Position numbers and translations under genes: made by a program
Origin: a virus
IMG/VR virus record: IMGVR_UViG_3300021420_000017
Coordinates: 32,001 to 96,000 of that record
Length of the DNA: 64,000 nucleotides
Direction: 5' to 3' (one strand)
Part shown: positions 53,635 to 60,884 of the stretch, piece by piece
Numbering within the stretch: position 1 is the stretch's first letter
How the letters are laid out: each line of letters starts with the position of its first letter
The notes under the pieces: generated by a model
Seen by the model: the letters and a program-made list of their open reading frames with translations, nothing else
Databases searched by the model: none
Told to the model about the DNA's origin: nothing

Positions 53635-54795
53635 ATGAGTAGCGCAGTTCAGATCTTCTGCGGCAACTGCGGAGCGCAGGGGGCGGTCAACAAGGTCACT
53701 GCGAGCTTGCAGTGTGTGTGTGGCTCGACCGACCTGGGTCTCGTCGGGGTCGATACCCCCAAGGTGGTGACCGCCAGCGACTATGGCCACGAGGAAGAAG
53801 ACTTCGATCTGGGCTTCGAGCACGGGGCGAACGGTCATCCCAAGTCCGGCGCGAGTGAGGCCTATCATTTCGGTCACGATCGCGGTGTCAGCTACGCCCA
53901 CTCCACGGGCCGCTTCCGCACCGACCACGAGAACTATGGCAAGGAAGCCGCTCAACACGTCGCCTACCCGCAAGGGCCGGGTACGGGCTGGGGTAAGCCG
54001 CAGGATCTGACTCGGGGCTGGAGCGAGTACCAGGGCCCCCTTCCCGGGGGCAACCCGCAGTCCTCGGCGCCGGTCAGTGATAACGCCGTCTGCCCGGCCT
54101 GTCATGGGGCGGGCTGGGATCCGATGGACTCCACCGTCACCTGCCGGGAGTGCAATGGCACGGGTCAGGTCAACGCGCCCACCTCCAAGCCGCCGGTGGA
54201 AAGCTATGACGCCACCACTTCAGGGCCGCCGGTGGGCGGTGCTCGTTGGGCTAGCACTCGCACGGCGGGGCGCACTTCCACCGACGTTCTGGGCAGTCCG
54301 GAGCAGCACATCCGTGCCACCACCCCGGGCTACAGCGAGCGGGGCGGCTACCGGCCTGAGGGAGAGGTCGATCCGAACAACGCAGCGACCTTCTACCCCA
54401 AGGCCGACACGTATTCGCCGTTGATCCAGAGCCGGGAGCAGCCAGCCTACGAGCATGGCAACAAGCCCTACCAGATGGACTCTTCCTCCTGCCCGAACTG
54501 CGACCACAGCCCGACCGAGCTGCGCAAGGACAAGAACGAGGACGCCTGGGCCGTCTGCCCGCACTGCGGGCCGCTGGCCAACATCGACAAGCACCCCGAG
54601 ATCAATCCCTACGCATGGCCCCATGGCTTCACCCCGGACCGCTCGATGAAGACCTCGGCCCTGCTCGGGCGCAACAAGCGCACCGGCAAGCTGTTGCGCA
54701 TCGTGGCCACCGTGGCGAGTACGAACCCGGGCCTGCATCCGGGAGAAGTCGTCCGCCTGGCGCGCATGAGCGTTGCCTCGTTCGCGGAGAAGTAG
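53635..54795 (+). CDS. Multi-Zn-ribbon probable virion protein (386 aa)
   Basis: CGNCG, CPACHGAG..CRECNGTG, CPNC..CPHCG. Confidence 0.75.
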   Translation: MSSAVQIFCGNCGAQGAVNKVTASLQCVCGSTDLGLVGVDTPKVVTASDYGHEEEDFDLGFEHGANGHPKSGASEAYHFGHDRGVSYAHSTGRFRTDHENYGKEAAQHVAYPQGPGTGWGKPQDLTRGWSEYQGPLPGGNPQSSAPVSDNAVCPACHGAGWDPMDSTVTCRECNGTGQVNAPTSKPPVESYDATTSGPPVGGARWASTRTAGRTSTDVLGSPEQHIRATTPGYSERGGYRPEGEVDPNNAATFYPKADTYSPLIQSREQPAYEHGNKPYQMDSSSCPNCDHSPTELRKDKNEDAWAVCPHCGPLANIDKHPEINPYAWPHGFTPDRSMKTSALLGRNKRTGKLLRIVATVASTNPGLHPGEVVRLARMSVASFAEK

Positions 54796-54808
54796 GACCG
54801 ACCCGGAG

Positions 54809-55276
54809 ATGATCTCTCTCTACGAAGGGGACGCCGTCAGCTATGTCGGCGCGGCAATGCCGCCTGCGCACGGCAAATTGCTTTTTTTCGCCTCCGAGCA
54901 GGCCGCGCATGTGAAGTGGTCTGATGGACCCTTCGAGGGCAAGATCGCGATCGTTGATATCTGGGACCTGATGCCGGTCGAGTCCGCCCAGGTCCTGGCC
55001 AGCCTCGACCCGAACAGCCCCAACGCGCTGCGCCGAGTGATGGCTTCCCAGGGCGAAAGCGGGGCGGTGAACTTCCTAGTTAGCGCGAATCAGGTGGAGG
55101 GCTGGACCGGGATCGCTCGTGAAACGCTGAACTTTGTGCAGGCCAAACTGCGCAGTGATGCCTCTATGGATATGGCTTACGAACAACTTTCGGCCGCCGA
55201 GATTGATTCACTGATCGCTTTCTCTAGCCGTGTTTTGCTTAAAGATGCCTTCGGCGAACTGAACGAGGCGGACTAA
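54809..55276 (+). CDS. Hypothetical protein (155 aa)
   Basis: GGAG SD. Confidence 0.7.
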   Translation: MISLYEGDAVSYVGAAMPPAHGKLLFFASEQAAHVKWSDGPFEGKIAIVDIWDLMPVESAQVLASLDPNSPNALRRVMASQGESGAVNFLVSANQVEGWTGIARETLNFVQAKLRSDASMDMAYEQLSAAEIDSLIAFSSRVLLKDAFGELNEAD

Positions 55277-55278
55277 TC

Positions 55279-55965
55279 ATGTCTGTTAGCAACGGATGGG
55301 AATCAAGCATGGAGCACGGCATCCGTTACGTTCACCACCAGGGCTACTCCGGTGCAACCGCTCAAGTCTTAGTGGAACCCCCCAAACTCACGGTGCTGGC
55401 GCACGTCTCCGGAAACAGCATCGACTGTCTGCATTGTCCGTTTTGTGGCAGTGGTGCTATAGTAGCGAGAAGTGACGGAACGATTGAATGTTCCTTTTGC
55501 ACCTCTTGCTTTACTGTTCAGGTCCAGCCGCAGTTCCCGGCTTTCCCGATGACGACCCAGGGCCAGCCCTACCCGTGGCCGGGCCAGCCTGATCCCGCCT
55601 CCGTGGTGGCTCCTGGGAGTGCTCCGATGGCTCCTGGTGACCCGCTCGGCGGAGGTATCGGGGGAGCCCCGGAAGACATCAACGCGGTTGATCCCAACGA
55701 CCCGGATGCTGATGGGGCGGATGAGAGCGGGGACGATAGCGACGCTCCTCCCTGGCTCAAGGGCAAGAGTGGCGATTCCGATGCCGGAGACGATAAGAAG
55801 GCCCAGGTGGGGGGCAAGAGCGCTCCTCCATTCGTCAAGAAGAAGTCCTATCTCACCGTCACCGGCGCGCAGTTGTCCGAGCAGGACTACATCCGCCACC
55901 TGGCCATCGCTCACGCCCAGGACAAGAGACGAGTTGCCAGCCTGGTGAAGGCGAGCCGCACGTGA
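55279..55965 (+). CDS. Zn-ribbon protein (228 aa)
   Basis: HCPFCGSG..ARSDGTIECSFC. Confidence 0.75.
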   Translation: MSVSNGWESSMEHGIRYVHHQGYSGATAQVLVEPPKLTVLAHVSGNSIDCLHCPFCGSGAIVARSDGTIECSFCTSCFTVQVQPQFPAFPMTTQGQPYPWPGQPDPASVVAPGSAPMAPGDPLGGGIGGAPEDINAVDPNDPDADGADESGDDSDAPPWLKGKSGDSDAGDDKKAQVGGKSAPPFVKKKSYLTVTGAQLSEQDYIRHLAIAHAQDKRRVASLVKASRT

Positions 55966-56282
55966 GCGGCAGCATCACCATCAACGCAGCATTGGCGCAG
56001 GCGGGCGTCCCGGACGAGACATTTGCGATAGCCATCGGCCATCCCTGCATGGGGGCGAAGTTCCACAGCCCTCGACCGTTGGTTACTCGGCGATTCTTTG
56101 ATGTGGATTACGTATTCGTCAATGAGGTGTGGCTCTGTCCCACTTGTTACGAAAACCTCAAAGTCCTCCTTCACTTAGCGGGCAAAGTCGAAGCATTGGA
56201 GTGGACCATTCTCCGCGAGTTCGGCAATCAGCTACGCGCACTGGGCATGACCATCGCGCAGAACCGCAGGCAGGAAGACTGA
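55962..56282 (+). CDS. Hypothetical protein (106 aa)
   Basis: GTGA overlap; LCPTCYENL. Confidence 0.65.
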   Translation: MSGSITINAALAQAGVPDETFAIAIGHPCMGAKFHSPRPLVTRRFFDVDYVFVNEVWLCPTCYENLKVLLHLAGKVEALEWTILREFGNQLRALGMTIAQNRRQED

Positions 56283-59023
56283 TGGCGGACTTTGCAATCA
56301 ACGACCGGCGAGGTAAGGGCACCGGTCGGAGCAATGACGACCTGTCGCACTCGCGCCTGACCCGCAATGGAATGAATGTGCGCCGGGCCGTGGATGAGCA
56401 GGCGGCCAAGTCGAACATGTTCGGCGCTCCTCGGATGAACCGCGACAAAGAGACCCTCGATCACCTGAGCCGGGCCAAGATGTCGATGAGCCGCCGCGCC
56501 AGTCAGGGCACCGGGGTGAACAACGCGCCCAGTATGCAGATGGCTTCGGGTCGCCCACGCGACCCGATGTGGTACTGGAAGCAAAACAACATTCCGTTCA
56601 ACTTCACTGAACCAGCCGAGATGCAACGGATTAGGGAGTTTTGCAATACTCCCGACGCGCCGGTGACAATGGCCGATGGCACCACCAAGCCGCTCGGGCA
56701 GATCGTAGCCGGGGACAAGGTCAAGGGCTGGGACTACCTCGTGCACGCCACCAACCCGTGGGCCGGTGGCGGCTGGAGTTACGGCGGCAACGGGGGCAAG
56801 GTTCGTGAGTACGTCAGTGCCACTGTGCTAGCCACCAGCACCCGCACGGCTCCGTCGGTGGTCCGGCTGACGATGGCCTCCGGAGCGCAGATCACCTGCA
56901 CTCCGGATCACCTGTGGGCCAATCCTTACTACGGCCAGCAGGTGCAGTACAACGGCCCCTTCCCTCCCAACATGGCCAGCTCGACTGCGCTGATGAGCAC
57001 CGAGTACGCCCCGGCTCAGGTGGGGACCGAACTGCTTAATGTCGGGGCCGCCACGATGGACAAGGTCATCTCGATCGAGGATCTGGGCCCTGGCACAGTG
57101 GTCTCGATGCAGACCACCACGGGCAACTACATCGTCTGGGGAATGGCTTCTAAAAACTGCCGTCTGCTCTATGTTACTCACCCCATCATTGCGGCATGCG
57201 TAGACATCTTCGCTAAGTTTCCGCTGCAAGGATTACACTTTGAATCGAAAGACGATCAGCTTACTGATTTCTATAGCGAACTATTCTTTGATCAGTTGCA
57301 CTATGAAGACCACCTACTTGATATAGGTACTGAATACTGGAACTGCGGCGAGACGTTCTCTTTAGGGGCATGGAACGACACACTGGGTATCTGGGAGGGC
57401 GATCAGCTCATCAATCCGGATGACGTTGAGATTGAAAACGCGCTCTTCCTCAACGAGCCCCGCTTCCTTATGCGCCTGCCAGCGAGCCTGCGCAAGATCC
57501 TTACTACTCGAACTCCGCGTTATGCCTATGAGCAGATCGTGCGTAGCTTCCCCGAGCTGCTGCAGTATGTCGGCCAGGACGACCTCATGCCGGTCTCCAG
57601 CGTCATCCTCAAGCAGTTGCGGTTCAAGGCCGACCGGTTCAGCAACCGGGGCATCCCGATCCTCATGCGTGGCTTCCGGGCCATCATGCAGGAGGAAATG
57701 CTCAACAGCGCGCTGGACTCCATCGCCGACCGTCTCTATACCCCGCTCATCCTGACCAAGTTGGGAGCCACGGCGGCTGACCTGGGCACCACGGTTCCCT
57801 GGATCCCGGACCAGGACGAGATGGAAGAGTTCAACGTCGCGTTGGATGCCGCTCTGGCGGCCGACTTCCGGGCCCTGACCTACCACTGGGCTATCGACAT
57901 GCAGCCCGTCTTTGGCCGAGAGAATGTGCCTGATCTTTCCAACGACTTCGATCGGCTCACCGAGCGGCTTCTGATGGTATTCGGACTAAGTCAGACAATG
58001 CTCACAGGAGCCTCAGCAGGGGAAACTTACGCCGCTGATGCCCTAAACAGGGATGTAGTAACACAACTCCTCAGTCATTATCAGCGCAGCCTTGGTCAGT
58101 TCTATACAGATCGAGCACTCATCGTCGCTGAGGCGCAGGAGCATTATGACTACGAAGTGCGCGGGGGCAAGCGTTATCTGATTACCGAAGAGATCTATGA
58201 GATCGATGAGGAAAGCGGAGAGGAACGCATTGTCGAACAGCCGAAGCTCCTGGTCCCCGAACTCAAGTTCAAAATCCTCAACCTCACTGATGAGGATGCG
58301 GAACGGCAATTCATGGAATCACTGGCCGAGGCGGGTGTGCCCGTCCCCTACCGTGCGCGTATCTCCACGACCGGCCTGGATTTCAACGAGATGGTCGAAC
58401 AGCGGTCGAGGGAACAGGTCGCTCTAGCCGTCGCAGAGCAGGAGACGCGCAAGAAGACCTTCCTTGCACTGCGGGCCGCCGGGTTGCCCGTGCCCAGCGA
58501 TCTGATGGATGACTTCAGCCCCAAGGCGATCCCCGCCGACGGTACCAATCCGCCACTGGGGTCCATGGGAGATGAGGTTATCCCGGGGCTCGGTCAGCAG
58601 CCACTTGGTCTTCCGGCTCTGTCGCCCACGCCGGACGATCTGGCTCAGGCTGATCCGAATGCTGATCCCAATGCGGTGCCCAGCGACCAGGACGCGAACA
58701 TGGATGGCATTCCGGACTCCGAGCAGAATCCCGACCTGCAGCAACCCGGAGATGACGTGCCGCCTGAGTCGAATGAGGAGAAGGCCGACATGCCCAAGTC
58801 GGCCCAGCTCCAGAAGACCGCAGCGCTGCCTAAGTTCGGTATCAAGCAGATCACGAAGGACTATTACGTCCCGATCGACAACTCGGAGGAAGAGTCAACC
58901 AGGGACCACCGGCCGGACGGGATGTTCGGGACACCGAAGCATGTGGGCCTGAGACGCCACCTCGCGCCCCTCATCCCGGACGACATCAAGTTGAGTCATC
59001 TAGCCCCGGACGGGGATGAGTAA
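56282..59023 (+). CDS. Portal protein (913-aa precursor with intein)
   Basis: CRLLYVTHPIIAACVDIF.KFP; RGIPILMRGF; PLILTKLG; position in head block; TGATG coupling. Confidence 0.75.
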   Translation: MADFAINDRRGKGTGRSNDDLSHSRLTRNGMNVRRAVDEQAAKSNMFGAPRMNRDKETLDHLSRAKMSMSRRASQGTGVNNAPSMQMASGRPRDPMWYWKQNNIPFNFTEPAEMQRIREFCNTPDAPVTMADGTTKPLGQIVAGDKVKGWDYLVHATNPWAGGGWSYGGNGGKVREYVSATVLATSTRTAPSVVRLTMASGAQITCTPDHLWANPYYGQQVQYNGPFPPNMASSTALMSTEYAPAQVGTELLNVGAATMDKVISIEDLGPGTVVSMQTTTGNYIVWGMASKNCRLLYVTHPIIAACVDIFAKFPLQGLHFESKDDQLTDFYSELFFDQLHYEDHLLDIGTEYWNCGETFSLGAWNDTLGIWEGDQLINPDDVEIENALFLNEPRFLMRLPASLRKILTTRTPRYAYEQIVRSFPELLQYVGQDDLMPVSSVILKQLRFKADRFSNRGIPILMRGFRAIMQEEMLNSALDSIADRLYTPLILTKLGATAADLGTTVPWIPDQDEMEEFNVALDAALAADFRALTYHWAIDMQPVFGRENVPDLSNDFDRLTERLLMVFGLSQTMLTGASAGETYAADALNRDVVTQLLSHYQRSLGQFYTDRALIVAEAQEHYDYEVRGGKRYLITEEIYEIDEESGEERIVEQPKLLVPELKFKILNLTDEDAERQFMESLAEAGVPVPYRARISTTGLDFNEMVEQRSREQVALAVAEQETRKKTFLALRAAGLPVPSDLMDDFSPKAIPADGTNPPLGSMGDEVIPGLGQQPLGLPALSPTPDDLAQADPNADPNAVPSDQDANMDGIPDSEQNPDLQQPGDDVPPESNEEKADMPKSAQLQKTAALPKFGIKQITKDYYVPIDNSEEESTRDHRPDGMFGTPKHVGLRRHLAPLIPDDIKLSHLAPDGDE
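56642..57157 (+). mobile_element. Mini-intein (172 aa, no endonuclease) in portal
   Basis: F|CNTPDAPVTMADG...CTPDHLW...VVSMQTTTGNYIVWGMASKN|C. Confidence 0.9.
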
Positions 59024-59069
59024 TCGGACCGTTTAAAGTGACTGTCTGATTTGATCTTGGAACGGATAC

Positions 59070-59078
59070 AAGTAGTGA
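59070..59078 (+). promoter_or_regulatory. Partial late-promoter motif AAGTAGTGA
   Basis: Intergenic, upstream of the membrane-protein genes. Confidence 0.4.
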
Positions 59079-59164
59079 CAGATCAATAACTGCGCGCAGA
59101 AGGTCGAGCCTCCGATGACGTGGTTGCCCGTAACCTTCATCCATAACGACGGGATGGCTCGTGC

Positions 59165-59488
59165 GTGAGCAGCAGCAATGTACTCAGCATAATTGAGGTG
59201 CTCTCCGCGATGTCTGTTCCTCTAGGAACTGGAGCGGTTGCTTATGTCCGATGGCGTAAGAACGCGGAAGAGGCACGGCATCAGCGGGAGCAAGCTGCTA
59301 CGACAGCAGCTAATCGGGCTGCAGCAGATGCAAGAACAGAAGAAAAAGCCATGCGCGATCAGTTGCTGAAGGCGAAAGATGACGAGATCGCTCGAATCAA
59401 TCTGATGCTGCAGCAGGAGCAGGCAGAGAACTCGCGGCTACAGGGGATGTTCCTAAATAGACCGCCCAATGGAGAAGGTGGGTCATGA
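59165..59488 (+). CDS. Single-TM coiled-coil protein (107 aa)
   Basis: N-terminal TM followed by heptads. Confidence 0.65.
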   Translation: MSSSNVLSIIEVLSAMSVPLGTGAVAYVRWRKNAEEARHQREQAATTAANRAAADARTEEKAMRDQLLKAKDDEIARINLMLQQEQAENSRLQGMFLNRPPNGEGGS

Positions 59489-59982
59489 ACCATGAGTTCA
59501 AAGATTCCCCTGAATCGTTAGACCCTGTAGTGGCTCCCGCTGTTAAGTCAGCGATGCTGGAGACAGACCCTCCGGCTGTTCGTCGCAGACTTACTTTCTT
59601 CGTTCTATTGATCTTGGGTCTGCTCATCGTGATTTCTACGGGGGCCGCTGTAGTGGTGGTAGTCGACACCATCAAACTAGATACTTATACCTACTGCCAG
59701 GCGCATGTGAATAATTTAAATCGGTTGGTGGCAGATGACGACCGCAAAGTGAATGATGATCTCGCGCAAGCCAACAATGCATTGAACGAAGCCGACGCCG
59801 CCTTGTTTAAGGCTATTTTGGGCGCGCAGTCTCCACTCTCTCGCGAAGACTTCATTGCAGCATACGCGAGGTATACTCAAGCATATGCTGCATACCAATC
59901 AGAGTTGAGTATCTATACAACCGAGCGAGCTAACAATGATCGCATCCGTACTGCTAATCAGCTAACCAGCGGAAAGTGCTGA
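59485..59982 (+). CDS. Single-TM helical protein (165 aa)
   Basis: LTFFVLLILGLLIVISTGAAVVVVV. Confidence 0.7.
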   Translation: MNHEFKDSPESLDPVVAPAVKSAMLETDPPAVRRRLTFFVLLILGLLIVISTGAAVVVVVDTIKLDTYTYCQAHVNNLNRLVADDDRKVNDDLAQANNALNEADAALFKAILGAQSPLSREDFIAAYARYTQAYAAYQSELSIYTTERANNDRIRTANQLTSGKC

Positions 59983-59983
59983 G

Positions 59984-60820
59984 ATGGGTAATCACACCCC
60001 GGGAAACGATAACCTCTTCGGATTAGACGATGAGTCGCATCAGGATCCGGTAGTGCAGCCAGCGGTTACTGAGGCGATGCAGACGTCGAGAAGCGTATCC
60101 CACCGAAACGGAGGGCTGCGCGCGGCGATCATCGTTTTTATCGCGACCGCGCTGTTGATGTTCGGGGGCTATCTGCTTCTGCATGAGCAGACAGACTCGG
60201 TCAAGAGCGATCTCGCCTCCACTGAGCTACAGCTTGCGCAAACCCAGCAACAGCAGCAGGAAGACCACAAGGTCGCCGAGCAACTGGGTACCCAGCTACA
60301 GCAGCATGGGATTGCCCCCAGCGTCACCCCGAGCCCCGCCCCCACGCAGGTGGTGACCGGCGAGCGAGGGCCGGGCCCCACGACAGACCAGGTGGCCAAC
60401 GCCGTCTCGCTCTACTGCGCGGCTAACAGCAACTGCACCCCGCCAGCGGTGACACAGGCCCAGGTGGCGGCAGCGATCAATACCTACTGCGAAGCCAACG
60501 GGAAGTGCCAGGGGCCTGCCGGGGTCGTCGGCTCGCCCGGTCCGCAAGGGACACCCGGCCCGCAAGGCAATACCGGACCTGGGCCCAGTCCTACTCAAGT
60601 CGCGACTGCGGTGAGCGCCTACTGCGCGGCCAATAACGGTTGTGTTGGCCCCGTCGGCTCGACCGGACCTACGGGACCTCCTGGCCCCAGCGGAGTGACT
60701 GGGCCGCCTCCCAAGCAGTACACCGTGCGGGTCCCGGGAGTGTTGAGCACTCCCACTGAGACATGTAACCCCAATCCGTCCCCAGCCCCCTCAAATCAGC
60801 CCGCTTATACTTGTTCATAG
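59984..60820 (+). CDS. TM protein with collagen-like Gly-X-Y repeats (278 aa)
   Basis: GPAGVVGSPGPQGTPGPQGNTGPG; repeated AVSxYCAANxxC. Confidence 0.8.
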   Translation: MGNHTPGNDNLFGLDDESHQDPVVQPAVTEAMQTSRSVSHRNGGLRAAIIVFIATALLMFGGYLLLHEQTDSVKSDLASTELQLAQTQQQQQEDHKVAEQLGTQLQQHGIAPSVTPSPAPTQVVTGERGPGPTTDQVANAVSLYCAANSNCTPPAVTQAQVAAAINTYCEANGKCQGPAGVVGSPGPQGTPGPQGNTGPGPSPTQVATAVSAYCAANNGCVGPVGSTGPTGPPGPSGVTGPPPKQYTVRVPGVLSTPTETCNPNPSPAPSNQPAYTCS

Positions 60821-60848
60821 CCGCTGCCTCGTCTGTCCTCAGAGCACC

Positions 60849-60860
60849 TGAAGTAGTGAA
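60849..60860 (+). promoter_or_regulatory. Putative late-promoter motif
   Basis: TGAAGTAGTGAA, 25 nt before GTG 60885. Confidence 0.6.
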
Positions 60861-60884
60861 GAGCCCATCGGAAGAGGAGACGGC

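Noticed and set aside
59085-59164. Hammerhead or riboswitch in the portal-to-membrane-gene spacer
   Set aside because: Only short hairpins; the CUGAUGA/GAAA core is absent.
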